This document shows, one piece after another, positions 1 to 9,041 of a stretch of 47,732 nt of DNA. The position numbers and the translations under genes were made by a program. Positions within the stretch are counted from its first letter, which is position 1, and every line of letters begins with the position of its first letter. The stretch is from a virus. The DNA lies in the IMG/VR virus record IMGVR_UViG_3300043602_000027, positions 1-47,732 of that record; one strand, 5' to 3'. The notes beneath the pieces are model-generated. The model worked only from the letters and a program-made list of their open reading frames with translations. It was not told the origin of the DNA and made no database searches.

Positions 1-24
1 ATTTCATCGAAGTATCCCGGCAGT
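1..24. repeat. terminal overlap copy 1 (circular closure signature)
   Basis: ATTTCATCGAAGTATCCCGGCAGT is identical to 47709-47732. Confidence 0.95.
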
Positions 25-599
25 TTAGCTGCCACTTTCTTTCCTGCTGTTACTAGCGACCGGCTTACTGTCACACCCTGAGTTTTGAGATTCTTTTCTT
101 CTGTTCTCACTACATGAGCCAACATGAAAAAGTTTGTGTTATGTATCTTGTGTAGTTTGAACTTTGAATGTTGCACTAATCTAGTCAGACCAGAAGATTC
201 AGCGTTGTAATCTTCGATTTCATTAACTGAAATACCGCCAACTTTCTTGTTACCACCACCCTTAACATCTGTCACTTGCACTAGTAAACTATCAACAGAT
301 GTAGTCAATGTATCCCAAACTATACCACCAGTATAGGGATGACCATCTTTAATAAAAGACTCTAGCTTTTCTACTGCTTCATTGTAAGTCTCAAAATGGT
401 CAAACTCAAGCTTATCTAAAAAGGAAGGGTTACGTTTCTTCCAAAAATTAATTACAGCTTTTATCTTCCCGTCAAAATCGAAAAAATACATCGGCCCTTT
501 TTCAAGCCAACTACTAGCAGCTATGGATTTACCACAGCCCGGTTCGGATTTCAATAAAACAAATAAAGCTTTATTGTCTCGGTATTCGTTAGCTTTCAT
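1..599 (-). CDS. Sak4-like RecA-family ATPase (AAA_24 type), N-terminal part; continues at 47525..47732 across the circular junction
   Basis: My own translation (absent from the ORF track because it runs off the edge). ATG at 599..597, MKANEYRDNKALFVLLKSEPGCGKSIAASSW... Walker A GCGKS and Walker-B-like GGIVWDTLTT. Open to base 1, and the frame joins ...KLPGYFDE|IWHAY... at the other window end. Confidence 0.75.
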   Translation of the reverse strand, partial: MKANEYRDNKALFVLLKSEPGCGKSIAASSWLEKGPMYFFDFDGKIKAVINFWKKRNPSFLDKLEFDHFETYNEAVEKLESFIKDGHPYTGGIVWDTLTTSVDSLLVQVTDVKGGGNKKVGGISVNEIEDYNAESSGLTRLVQHSKFKLHKIHNTNFFMLAHVVRTEEKNLKTQGVTVSRSLVTAGKKVAAKLPGYFDE

Positions 600-694
600 A
601 TCGTTTTCTAACCTCACTAATTAAATTATCCCCAGTTAGTTTTCTTGTGTCTGTTATTTCTAGCAGTCTGTAATCTATGTTGTCACTCAAAATT

Positions 695-1075
695 TCAAGA
701 GCCTGTGTTAGTCTTAGCCAGTAGCATATCAGCCAGTAAACTAACGTTGACTGTAGGCTTTTCTTTTTTGTTCCGCTTAAGATTACTTTCAAGTTCTTTA
801 TTGTAAGGGAGTCTGGTGCAATCTTTGCAATGTGGCTTTCTAAGGAAGTTTCCATTTTTATCCTTTCTCATTACGCAAACATCCCCACACCGCCAGCATA
901 TACTATTCTTTCCTTCTACTAATTCTTCAGCTATATAGTGGTTACAATCAGGGAGCGCACAAGCAAATACCCTATAGGCTTTATTCTTCCCTATTACCTT
1001 CCTAACATACTTATGAACGTGATTAGCTTTTCTTACTATCATCTTTATCCTCTTGGTTTTGGACTTTCGATGCAC
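695..1075 (-). CDS. Cys/His-rich zinc-ribbon-like protein
   Basis: ORF track. Motifs CALPDCNH, CWRCGDVC and HCKDC. The true start may be the internal MIVRK (~1042), which limits overlap with 1023..1289. Confidence 0.5.
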   Translation of the reverse strand: MHRKSKTKRIKMIVRKANHVHKYVRKVIGKNKAYRVFACALPDCNHYIAEELVEGKNSICWRCGDVCVMRKDKNGNFLRKPHCKDCTRLPYNKELESNLKRNKKEKPTVNVSLLADMLLAKTNTGS

Positions 1076-1289
1076 AATCTGGACACCCCGAACACTTAAT
1101 CCGCCCCACAGGGAAACATATCCAGCCTGTGCCTTTACAGGTCAATCGTGTAGTCCTAATTGGGAATATGTCAAACTTCCTACTGCATACATCACAGCGA
1201 AATAACATATACCCTTTATAGCTAGATATCTGCTCCATCAATCGCCTGTCATCATTGGTGCAGTGTGGGCATTGTATGCTATCCATCAT
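1023..1289 (-). CDS. zinc-ribbon protein
   Basis: ORF track. Motifs CPHC...CDVC and CSGCPDC. ATGA-type start/stop overlap with the upstream nuclease gene. Confidence 0.55.
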   Translation of the reverse strand: MMDSIQCPHCTNDDRRLMEQISSYKGYMLFRCDVCSRKFDIFPIRTTRLTCKGTGWICFPVGRIKCSGCPDCASKVQNQEDKDDSKKS

Positions 1290-2179
1290 GCTGCCTTTAT
1301 TATCTCATTGAGCTTTTCATCAAACTCAGTATCTCTATCCTGCGGCGACCACTTCTTACCTACGATATATTCATTCTGCATGAGCCACTCTCTACTATCT
1401 CCCGGCTCATTGATGCAGAGCTTATTAAAGATGCATCCCGAATACTTATCGCAGCTAGTGAAGTTCTGCGGCCACGTTTCCGTTTCAATATAGAATACTA
1501 ATTGTTGCGCCCACCAGATTGTATTGCTTCTCCACTCTTCTAGCACCGAAGCATCATAACTTATCGGCACCCGCCTAAACCGGTCGGCGGGTTTAAGAGT
1601 TTTTTGAAATCCAACTTTATTTATAACTACGTCTGATACATCTAAACAATATGCATAACCTTTAAACTGATTTGACAATCCAATATAAGTAGAATCTTGG
1701 TTACGCCGACTGGATTTGTGGTCAACTATTGCCTCACCATGCGAAGACTGCACTACTAAATCTACGATGCCTTCATAGATGACTCGTAAGTTCTCGTCAT
1801 CGGATTCGTAAATTATCCTAGCGAATGGCTTCTCTACATGGAGAGGGGTCCACAGTTCTCCGTCGAAAAACTTAAAATATTCAGTGGCATGAAAGATAAC
1901 TTCTTCACTATCTTCCACATCCTGTTGCAAGTTTAATACAGCATGTTCCCGCCCGAGCCGCACTGCAATATCCACACACCGATAATAATCTAAATCAGGT
2001 CGTTTAATTCTCAGTGTGTAGAATACTTTAAATATCAGATGCAATAAATCTCCCGACTCCAATGCCTCAGCTTTGAAGTTCGGTCTTAGATTCTTATTGT
2101 GGTATAGGTCAGTCTTATAGCCGCATGTCTGAAGGCTATTAAGTAACTGACTATCCAACACTACGTTTCGGTCTATCAT
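1286..2179 (-). CDS. PD-(D/E)XK exonuclease, Cas4/RecB-like
   Basis: GIVDLVV ... EAIVDHKSS (D...[DE]xK), QFKGYAY (QxxxY), N-terminal Cys (QTCGYK) plus C-terminal CDKYSGCIFNKLC cluster as in Cas4-type Fe-S nucleases. Sits beside the Sak4-like ATPase. Confidence 0.7.
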   Translation of the reverse strand: MIDRNVVLDSQLLNSLQTCGYKTDLYHNKNLRPNFKAEALESGDLLHLIFKVFYTLRIKRPDLDYYRCVDIAVRLGREHAVLNLQQDVEDSEEVIFHATEYFKFFDGELWTPLHVEKPFARIIYESDDENLRVIYEGIVDLVVQSSHGEAIVDHKSSRRNQDSTYIGLSNQFKGYAYCLDVSDVVINKVGFQKTLKPADRFRRVPISYDASVLEEWRSNTIWWAQQLVFYIETETWPQNFTSCDKYSGCIFNKLCINEPGDSREWLMQNEYIVGKKWSPQDRDTEFDEKLNEIIKAA

Positions 2180-2373
2180 GTTAGTAAATCTTCCGATTGG
2201 AGCCGCATCTTATATCCATTTGGTGTAATGACTACACAGATATATCTACGCAAAGTATTATCCCAATGAACTTCCTCTACTGTGCAGATATGGTCGGTGC
2301 CTGCTATCCTAACAGTCTCACCAACTTTAATCTTGCACTCTTTAACCTTTATATCCGGTTGCATTGATAGCAT
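2176..2373 (-). CDS. hypothetical protein (65 aa)
   Basis: ORF track. 4-nt overlap with the downstream gene. No recognisable motif. Confidence 0.45.
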   Translation of the reverse strand: MLSMQPDIKVKECKIKVGETVRIAGTDHICTVEEVHWDNTLRRYICVVITPNGYKMRLQSEDLLT

Positions 2374-2626
2374 CCTCTAAATCAATTAACACCCAATATT
2401 TTGGTCTGACATCTCTAGGGTCAGCCGTTACATGAAACTCATCTTCACTATATACGAACGCCGCTGCTTCAAATGGCCCATTATCCACTACACAAATCAG
2501 CGCGCGTCCTTCGGGAACTTCACTAAAGCTTTTAGGCTTATGTTGTAGTGCTTCCGCTCCCTCAAATCTAGACTGTATTTGTTGAAGCTTTCCCTTAGAC
2601 TCCGGTAGATTTATATAATATCCCAT
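2342..2626 (-). CDS. hypothetical protein (94 aa)
   Basis: ORF track. The motif ALICVVDNGPFEAAAF...DPRDVRPKYW feels like a recurrent small phage family that I cannot name. Confidence 0.55.
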   Translation of the reverse strand: MGYYINLPESKGKLQQIQSRFEGAEALQHKPKSFSEVPEGRALICVVDNGPFEAAAFVYSEDEFHVTADPRDVRPKYWVLIDLEDAINATGYKG

Positions 2627-2638
2627 CTTATTTACCCC

Positions 2639-2935
2639 TTAATTTACTTTTAATTGTTTGACTAACGCTTCCGCTCTCTCTAATGCCTGCATCTCTTGAT
2701 TACCTGCCATAATGCATACTCTAGCTACTAACTCTCTATCACCTTTTGTGAACGCCAGATACTTCGGCCCGTCTATGATTATAAACGAAGCGTGAACGCC
2801 TGTCAAGGTCGGGTCGGCCAAGAATATTTGACTATACTTCTCTATCAGTAAGCTTAGTCTAACTTCAATAGCCTTTAAAACTTTAGCATCTGCTTCGGCT
2901 AACTCTTTCTTAGACTTCTTTGATTTGCTAGGCAT
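2639..2935 (-). CDS. hypothetical protein (98 aa)
   Basis: ORF track. Tightly packed in the operon. Confidence 0.55.
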   Translation of the reverse strand: MPSKSKKSKKELAEADAKVLKAIEVRLSLLIEKYSQIFLADPTLTGVHASFIIIDGPKYLAFTKGDRELVARVCIMAGNQEMQALERAEALVKQLKVN

Positions 2936-2936
2936 C

Positions 2937-3140
2937 TTAGAGCCTCTTCAAAAGATTACTCAGATGTAGAAACTCAGGACTAACATACTGCTTGCTGATA
3001 AAATCCCTTAGCTCTGCCTGTTCTTTTCTATTCAATGTTAGCAATTCTGTTATTGGACTGCAATTCTTACAGAGATAAGCAAACTCTGCTGGATATCCCG
3101 ATATCATCCCAGTATCTTGACAGTCTAAACATTTGAACAT
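2937..3140 (-). CDS. small CxxC zinc-finger protein
   Basis: The ORF track gives 2937..3197. I prefer the internal ATG at 3140 (MFKCLDCQDTG...CKNC), because it abuts the stop of 3142..3402 instead of overlapping it by 56 nt. Confidence 0.5.
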   Translation of the reverse strand: MFKCLDCQDTGMISGYPAEFAYLCKNCSPITELLTLNRKEQAELRDFISKQYVSPEFLHLSNLLKRL

Positions 3141-3141
3141 T

Positions 3142-3402
3142 TTAAATTCTCTCAACTGTTCTAATCTCTGTTCCTGCGGGAAGAAAGTATGACTCACTGG
3201 CTTCGCCCGGAATCAAATACTCTACTTCCACTAACTGCCCTGATATCGTTAAAGTCGCCGGAATCTTTTTAATTACTCTGCCTTCTAGCTGTGGAAATCT
3301 ATTAGTTAACTCAGCACAAAGCCGGGAGCCGCGCATCCCTTTATGTGCTCGGACCAGATTTATAGCACACTCGTGCGCCTCTGTCATTAGGCCATTGCCC
3401 AC
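3142..3402 (-). CDS. hypothetical protein (86 aa)
   Basis: ORF track. 16-nt overlap with the upstream helicase gene. Confidence 0.5.
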   Translation of the reverse strand: MGNGLMTEAHECAINLVRAHKGMRGSRLCAELTNRFPQLEGRVIKKIPATLTISGQLVEVEYLIPGEASESYFLPAGTEIRTVERI

Positions 3403-4982
3403 TTTTTACCCCCACGCTTCTCATAGATTGCTGCCACCAAGCCGCGCACTGTATCTGTTTCATCCCACGCAATAACTTCTGAGTCTCCCATTGTTTGCTT
3501 TACTGACTGGCGTTTCTTCTCAATAAGCTCAGTAAACATTTCATCTACTGTGCCTACTGCAATAGGATACTTTGCCTGCACTATGTTGCGCTGCCCTATA
3601 CGCTGCAATCTCTTCTCAGCTTGTTCTTCATTAGCTGGATTCCATTGCCGCTCCATCATAATTAGCACGTTGCAACTATCTTGCAGTCCGTCTAATCCCT
3701 CTCCCGATGCCAGCGTGCCAAGCACTAACACCCTAAGTCTAGGGTCATTACTAAACTTACGCTTGATATTTTCTTTAGTATCGTTGCTAGTTTTCTCAGT
3801 AATCGCTGCCCAGTCACAGTCGTTAGCTTTACATACTGTGTCTAGCTGCTTGATTAAAACATCGCGCGCAATATGGTGATGGAGAAAAACAATACACTTT
3901 TCTCCGGTGTTATCTAAAGTATCCTGAATATTTTCAACTACTGCACTTATCTTAGCGAGCGCCGTTATCTGGCGCATCTTGTTTAAATACGATAAGATAT
4001 GCTGGTGCTGTGCAAAGCCGTTTAGTTCTCCTTCGTTAGTCTCTATGAAATCAACTAACTCGCCTTCGGTCCTGTCATATGCTTTGCGTAAATCTTTATC
4101 AATATCTAAGTATTGAAAATCCCTGATTAAATCAGGCAGGTCTGGCATTACATCTTTCTGCTCAAACCTAATGATGAAATCTTCAGTGTTCCGCCTAAAC
4201 TCTAGCTCATTTCTTAAGCCACCCACTTTATAGCGATAGCCATCCCAATACTTATCTACGTAACGCGCCTCATAGTATGCTTGGCTTGGAAATCTCTCCG
4301 GCTTAAGTAAATTAAGAATAGAGAAATATTCGCCGCTGTGATTCTTAATAGGAGTGCCAGATATCCCCATGACGTAGGGTTTATCACGGCAGATTCTCCT
4401 GACATTATTTGCTCGTTGGCTTGTAGGATTCTTGATATGTTGGCATTCATCAATGATAACTGTCTTAACATTATCGAAAGCAGCATACTTTTCATCGCTT
4501 AGTCTCCGCAGTAAATCATACGAGATGATATACATCTGAGCGTTTGGGAGAATGAAATCACTAGAGCTTTCGATTATCTGAATCGGTAAATCTAGGTCAA
4601 TCCAATTAACGGATTGCTTCATCCACTGGAATGCAAGATTGCTCTTGCAAATCACCATTGCCGGTAGCATCTTTGCCCTGTTAGTTCTCAGTGCAAGAGC
4701 CGCACAGATTGTTTTACCTAATCCCTGTTCGTGAAAGATTCCTACCCGACCACCAGCTTTTAAAATAAACTCCAGTGTATACTTCTGAAATTCAAATGGC
4801 GTATGGTTAGTTAGAAAGCTTTGTAATTTATCAGTTGGTTCAATTCTATCTAACTCTCTAGTAAACATTGAATGTCCGCATTGCAGCTTGACCATAAACT
4901 CCCGGCCAAACTTCAAACGCGAAACTTCAATAGCTACCTTTCCACAGTTTTTACATTTGATATGTTTTGTAACGCTAGCCAT
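3387..4982 (-). CDS. SNF2-family helicase with N-terminal zinc ribbon
   Basis: CKNCGK...CGH ribbon, then helicase motifs HEQGLGKT (I), IIDECQHIKN (II, DExH), ISGTPIKN (III), and C-terminal ERQWNPANEEQAEKRLQRIGQ (V/VI). Confidence 0.85.
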   Translation of the reverse strand: MASVTKHIKCKNCGKVAIEVSRLKFGREFMVKLQCGHSMFTRELDRIEPTDKLQSFLTNHTPFEFQKYTLEFILKAGGRVGIFHEQGLGKTICAALALRTNRAKMLPAMVICKSNLAFQWMKQSVNWIDLDLPIQIIESSSDFILPNAQMYIISYDLLRRLSDEKYAAFDNVKTVIIDECQHIKNPTSQRANNVRRICRDKPYVMGISGTPIKNHSGEYFSILNLLKPERFPSQAYYEARYVDKYWDGYRYKVGGLRNELEFRRNTEDFIIRFEQKDVMPDLPDLIRDFQYLDIDKDLRKAYDRTEGELVDFIETNEGELNGFAQHQHILSYLNKMRQITALAKISAVVENIQDTLDNTGEKCIVFLHHHIARDVLIKQLDTVCKANDCDWAAITEKTSNDTKENIKRKFSNDPRLRVLVLGTLASGEGLDGLQDSCNVLIMMERQWNPANEEQAEKRLQRIGQRNIVQAKYPIAVGTVDEMFTELIEKKRQSVKQTMGDSEVIAWDETDTVRGLVAAIYEKRGGKKWAMA

Positions 4983-5197
4983 TATTTTTTCTTTTCTATG
5001 ATTCTTAATTCACCGTAGATAACAAACTTAGTTCCTTTTTTTAGGTCTATTCTTAAACCAACTATTACTGGATATCCACACTCTGTTACTACTGGCGTAT
5101 CGGATGGAAGAAAATTAATTTCATCTAATAGCTCACCTACTGTGCTTACTTTACCAGCCACAGCTAGCTCGCTTCGCTCGCTCGTTTCGCAGCCCAC
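4982..5197 (-). CDS. hypothetical protein (71 aa)
   Basis: ORF track. Its stop overlaps the helicase start. Confidence 0.5.
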   Translation of the reverse strand: MGCETSERSELAVAGKVSTVGELLDEINFLPSDTPVVTECGYPVIVGLRIDLKKGTKFVIYGELRIIEKKK

Positions 5198-5448
5198 ATC
5201 TTTTTACCGTTTGCCGCTAACTTTTTCCTGCCTGCTGGAGTCTGTGTCCAGTGCGGGCGATGCTTACCATACTTCCCGCCACCCCTAACTTTCTTAGGAG
5301 TCTTACCTTTCGCTTGCTCACTGATAATAGTCTGCGCTAGGTCAGCGTCATATCCCAGTAGGTCAAGCAGCATGTCTCTTTCTTTGTTTATTTCTTCCAG
5401 CCTTACTCTTGCGCCTAGCTTTAGAAGTTCTTGTTTTGATATAGTCAT
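5164..5448 (-). CDS. basic protein with coiled-coil N-terminus and a Lys/Arg/Gly-rich tail (possible DNA binder)
   Basis: ORF track. The tail KTPKKVRGGGKYGKHRPHWTQTPAGRKKLAANGKK suggests nucleic-acid binding. No family assigned. Confidence 0.45.
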   Translation of the reverse strand: MTISKQELLKLGARVRLEEINKERDMLLDLLGYDADLAQTIISEQAKGKTPKKVRGGGKYGKHRPHWTQTPAGRKKLAANGKKMWAAKRASEAS

Positions 5449-5617
5449 AATATTTAATCTGCTCAGTTATTCCCAGTTGGTCTGCTAGTAATGTTGCTAT
5501 AACGAAACTGCTAGAGCAATTATACTGTGTAGCTATTGCATCTACACGTTTCTTAATTGACTCTAGAAGTGTTGCTGTCTTTGGGATACGTTTGAATCCT
5601 CTCGGTTGAATAAACAT
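5363..5617 (-). CDS. possible ribbon-helix-helix (CopG-like) DNA-binding protein
   Basis: IPKTATLLESIKKRVDAIATQYNCSSSFVIATLLADQLGI fits a beta-alpha-alpha RHH pattern. The last ~28 codons overlap 5164..5448 in another frame, so the 3' end is uncertain. Confidence 0.4.
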   Translation of the reverse strand: MFIQPRGFKRIPKTATLLESIKKRVDAIATQYNCSSSFVIATLLADQLGITEQIKYYDYIKTRTSKARRKSKAGRNKQRKRHAA

Positions 5618-5742
5618 CTTCCTGTTCTCTCATCTTTGAACTTAATTCCACTATCTCTTGGTGAATTTGTTTGGCTGCCGTTGTTAATTCAAGATATCTA
5701 CTCAGTAATTGTTTTCTTGTCATCTTTGTTTTGCCCAGTCTG

Positions 5743-6228
5743 TTAGTTTTTATATGCGTTAGTTTTCATTGCCATTAGTTTTTCTTTACTTTCCCGTTCT
5801 TCCTTCATCTCCGGGTAAATCTTCTCTATCATGCAATCGCAGAAACCCATACGCAGCATGGATAGTTGGATTCTCTTAAACAATATTGGATTATGCCGCA
5901 TCATATCTACCAGATAAGAGCCTAGCATAAGCATATCGTTCTTAGTGCTAATCTCAGCAAAGGCGCGCGCGATTTTAATCACTGTTGGCGTTTCAGCTAA
6001 CTTAGCTACTGCCTCTGTTGTCTCCAGTAAATCCTTAGCGAAGAAAGAAAAGATTTTCAGGTTCTCTTCCTCTTCATCCAACTTTACTGGAGAGGTTCCT
6101 TCCATTAGGAAATCTATTAACTCTTCCAGTGAATTAAAATCTTTAATAGTCATCTTATTGCCTATTGCCCAGTTAGTTAAAGTTGCTGCCCTGCCTAGAA
6201 GCCTTTGACACTGTATGCCTGTAGTCAT
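5743..6228 (-). CDS. hypothetical protein
   Basis: ORF track. No SD before 6228, so the real start may be the internal MTIKDFNS (~6153). Confidence 0.5.
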   Translation of the reverse strand: MTTGIQCQRLLGRAATLTNWAIGNKMTIKDFNSLEELIDFLMEGTSPVKLDEEEENLKIFSFFAKDLLETTEAVAKLAETPTVIKIARAFAEISTKNDMLMLGSYLVDMMRHNPILFKRIQLSMLRMGFCDCMIEKIYPEMKEERESKEKLMAMKTNAYKN

Positions 6229-6357
6229 AAAGTGCTGGCGGTCTTGTGGCTATGAACCTAGCTGCGGTTAGTGGATGACACCATCTTAATGAGTCGCCCC
6301 AATAAGACCCACATAACATTTTCTTTAGCTCACGCACTAGACTAGGACAGCATTAAA

Positions 6358-6693
6358 CTATTTCTTAAACTCCCAGTTCTTTGCAAACTCTTCTAAAGTT
6401 TGAAAGTTAGTAGGGGGAAGCTCGTTATCTTCCTCACCTAATTCTTCTATTAACTTCTCTTCTTCTTTCCATTGTTCTTCTTCCTGAGCACGCCACTCAC
6501 TATACTTACGTGATAGCTGGTGGTCAGTCAGACTGCGCGGGTCATTGGCTTTACCTAACCATCTAAGAAAGCATTCGATTCTTTCTTGTGCATCGTGGCC
6601 GTTCTCTTCACTAAAAACTGGCCCGAATGCCCAATCAGATGTAGAGCAATACATTGCCCCTATCTCACCGTCGTATAAGACGCGCACTCCCAT
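6358..6693 (-). CDS. hypothetical protein (111 aa, acidic C-terminus)
   Basis: ORF track. Contains STSDWAFGPVF...FLRWLGK...DPRSLTD. Confidence 0.55.
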   Translation of the reverse strand: MGVRVLYDGEIGAMYCSTSDWAFGPVFSEENGHDAQERIECFLRWLGKANDPRSLTDHQLSRKYSEWRAQEEEQWKEEEKLIEELGEEDNELPPTNFQTLEEFAKNWEFKK

Positions 6694-6694
6694 A

Positions 6695-6814
6695 TTAGTT
6701 TCCTTTCTTTAAACAAGACTTGCACATATATGCTCCATGAGTCGCATGTTTATAGGTCTTTAAATTACGGACCCTTTTTTGTTTCTTGCAAGTATCACAG
6801 ATAAATCGTTTCAT
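6695..6814 (-). CDS. 39-aa zinc-ribbon miniprotein
   Basis: My own translation: MKRFICDTCKKQKRVRNLKTYKHATHGAYMCKSCLKKGN (CxxC...CxxC). ATGA overlap with the stop of 6811..7041, and its stop lies 1 nt before the next ATG. It fills the gap exactly. Confidence 0.5.
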   Translation of the reverse strand: MKRFICDTCKKQKRVRNLKTYKHATHGAYMCKSCLKKGN

Positions 6815-7041
6815 TTCACTTCCTCTAATTCGTTTTCGTAACCTATTACTTCCCCATACTGTTGAATTTCCCCACCAACAACTATGGCGAAACTAATTTC
6901 AGTGAACGGGTTAACTATCAAATCTCCAAGGTTATCATAGTGCTCTAGTGGAGAAAGATTATATCCCCCGTTGATATTACCGTGAAGCCAATAGACTTCA
7001 CCTTTGAACTTTACTTTCTTGTGAATCATTACTAACTTCAT
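6811..7041 (-). CDS. hypothetical protein (76 aa)
   Basis: ORF track. Confidence 0.5.
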   Translation of the reverse strand: MKLVMIHKKVKFKGEVYWLHGNINGGYNLSPLEHYDNLGDLIVNPFTEISFAIVVGGEIQQYGEVIGYENELEEVK

Positions 7042-7220
7042 AAAATTATGCTTACCAAATAGCTGAATTGCCTTTCGGGTTACTTACTATAGTCGGAGAT
7101 TCTTACCATACTAGAAAGCGCGTAACAAGTATGGAGCGCCGAGCCTTAGTCGGTCTTTGAACATTCTATAGTTTTCTCCGTGTATCAGTAAGCATAAACT
7201 TAAACTAACCAGATTATCGT

Positions 7221-7388
7221 CTAGAGCGGCGAATATTCTTTTAGGATATCGTCAAGAGACACGAATAATCCAGTTAATATTACTAGTAGATAAAGGATGC
7301 TGATATGCCATCTTATAGCCGTCAACGCAATGGCTGCGGAGACTATAATAATGGTTACACTTATTTGTTTATGAACCTTGCGATGCAT
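7221..7388 (-). CDS. possible 55-aa membrane protein with two hydrophobic segments
   Basis: My own translation: MHRKVHKQISVTIIIVSAAIALTAIRWHISILYLLVILTGLFVSLDDILKEYSPL. SD is poor, and it lies in an otherwise non-coding 385-bp gap. Confidence 0.3.
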   Translation of the reverse strand: MHRKVHKQISVTIIIVSAAIALTAIRWHISILYLLVILTGLFVSLDDILKEYSPL

Positions 7389-7426
7389 AAACTTATTCGT
7401 GCCATCCTTTACCTACCAGATTCAAA

Positions 7427-7864
7427 CTACTCGATTCCTGAATGCCCGATTAAACTAAACAGTGCTAATTCTGCCGGGACGCCTTCCACTATGAATGGCT
7501 CCCATTCAGCGCGCTCTAGTATGTTAGCTATCACGTATGGTTCTTCTCTCAGCGCGGCCCTTAGATACCTATGATTCCCGTCAACTATGAGATGCGTCCC
7601 GTCTGGCATAGCCAGCACGATAATAGGATTGACTTCGCTAGCGTCTAACGCCAAGAGGCGCACTAGTCTATGCTTCTCGATTCCCCTATTACGTGCAATA
7701 AACTCTGCATGAACTAAATCAACTGGGATGCGATACTTTTGTAGCCCAGAATTTGATTTGATATACTCAGCGATGCGCTCAACTGCGAAAGTAGTCAGTT
7801 CTTTCGTGGAGTCATCTTCGTGAGTAAAAGTAATCTCGTTAAGTCTTAGCTCGCTTATGTGCAT
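7427..7864 (-). CDS. ParB-like nuclease domain (ParB/Srx fold) protein
   Basis: Motif LIVDGNHRYLRA (DGxHR) preceded by NPIIVLAMPDG, typical of ParB N-terminal domain proteins. Confidence 0.65.
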   Translation of the reverse strand: MHISELRLNEITFTHEDDSTKELTTFAVERIAEYIKSNSGLQKYRIPVDLVHAEFIARNRGIEKHRLVRLLALDASEVNPIIVLAMPDGTHLIVDGNHRYLRAALREEPYVIANILERAEWEPFIVEGVPAELALFSLIGHSGIE

Positions 7865-8207
7865 CTCTCTTACCTTTCTTAACTGGCCTATCTTGCCATT
7901 TCAGTAAAGAAGTTTTAATGCCGTTGAACTGCCCTTGAAACTTCTCAAACTCTCTGAGATTATTAAAGTTTATGTGATGTATCGAAACTACCCGCTGGAT
8001 TATCTTATCATCATTCTCGATAGTGGTAGTCTCTACAATTTGTAAATCCCAAGGATACTTTCGTTCCCCCGGTAAATTAAACAAATTCACTTCATGCTTT
8101 CTAGTTTCAACTTTCTCAGTCTTAGTCTTGGGCATCGTTCTTCTCAGTAGAGACTTCCACTGCTTTAGTGTTATCTCAGCAATTTCGTCATAGACTACCA
8201 ACTTCAA
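7839..8207 (-). CDS. hypothetical protein (122 aa)
   Basis: ORF track. Confidence 0.5.
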   Translation of the reverse strand: MKLVVYDEIAEITLKQWKSLLRRTMPKTKTEKVETRKHEVNLFNLPGERKYPWDLQIVETTTIENDDKIIQRVVSIHHINFNNLREFEKFQGQFNGIKTSLLKWQDRPVKKGKRDAHKRAKT

Positions 8208-8208
8208 C

Positions 8209-8997
8209 TTATAGGCCCAACTTTTTCATACGCTCTGCCATTTCTTCCGGTGTGAGCTTATCCCCAAACAAACTAGTTAGCTGCCCCTTTAAATCCAATT
8301 GCACTTTCTTATTCTTTTCTTTCTGGACTAGAGGCGACTTGAGTGCTTTAGGTGCGCCACCTTTGGGGACGTATGTAGAGTCTTCGATTCTTAGCTTATT
8401 CTGTTCGTCTAGGCTAAGAGTCGCAATCATCTTATTAAATTTGATTTGCGCTGCTTGCTTTGCGGTCTTCTTCCGTAGCAATTCAGCTTCTACACTAAAG
8501 ATGTCTTCCTGCGTGGCGATGATAAAGGCGCGCACGTCTTCAACCGACATATCTTTGATATGCTCGACTGTCTGATTAAAGAATTCCTGATACTTATTAG
8601 AATCAGTAGCCTTCAGCCCTACTAGATTAGATTTATTTCTAGCTGCATCTTTCAAGCAGGTAGAGCATAGCTTTAGTGGATTGTTTGGATTCTCTTCCAG
8701 CAACTGTTTAGCATGAGCGCCACATTTACTGCAAGTAGGCCATGTCTGATATTCTGGAACTTCTGGTGGGATTTCTTTACTGGCTGCTAACTCTGAGTCA
8801 TAATGGTCAGAGCAAAGCTTTAGTGTCTTGCCAGCATTAGACTTCAATTCTTTAACTTCAAACTTCGTAAGCTCTTTCTCGCAGATATCGCATCTTATCC
8901 CGAATACTGGAGTAGGCTTTACTTCTGGCGTAATTTCTGGCGCGGCTGGTAGGGGCCGCGCGTATTTTCCTAAAAGATTGGATATATCTATTGCCAT
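8209..8997 (-). CDS. hypothetical protein with two Cys4-type fingers and a basic coiled-coil C-terminus
   Basis: CDICEKEL...CSDH and CSKCGAH...CSTC, then a Lys-rich helical region. Function unknown. Confidence 0.55.
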   Translation of the reverse strand: MAIDISNLLGKYARPLPAAPEITPEVKPTPVFGIRCDICEKELTKFEVKELKSNAGKTLKLCSDHYDSELAASKEIPPEVPEYQTWPTCSKCGAHAKQLLEENPNNPLKLCSTCLKDAARNKSNLVGLKATDSNKYQEFFNQTVEHIKDMSVEDVRAFIIATQEDIFSVEAELLRKKTAKQAAQIKFNKMIATLSLDEQNKLRIEDSTYVPKGGAPKALKSPLVQKEKNKKVQLDLKGQLTSLFGDKLTPEEMAERMKKLGL

Positions 8998-9041
8998 TTG
9001 ATTCCTCTAACTTATCAGAGTTAGTTTGGTTAGTTTGTTAA

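Noticed and set aside
589-855. 88-aa ORF overlapping 695..1075 in another frame
   Set aside because: It overlaps the Cys-rich ORF by 160 nt and has a random-looking composition. At most a short 3' portion could be real, and I could not support that.
5553-5723. Possible 56-aa coiled-coil ORF (MTRKQLLSRYLELTTAAKQIHQEIVELSSK...) upstream of the RHH-like gene
   Set aside because: It overlaps the RHH-like ORF by ~65 nt in another frame. It has no clear SD and is below the track threshold, so there is not enough support to list it.
6173-6319. Possible 48-aa ORF between 6358..6693 and 5743..6228
   Set aside because: It is only compatible if the downstream gene starts at its internal Met. The SD is weak and the sequence is unremarkable.
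7305-7574. 89-aa plus-strand ORF in the minus arm
   Set aside because: It is antisense to the ParB-like gene and to a candidate small membrane ORF. It is the wrong strand for the arm and has no SD.
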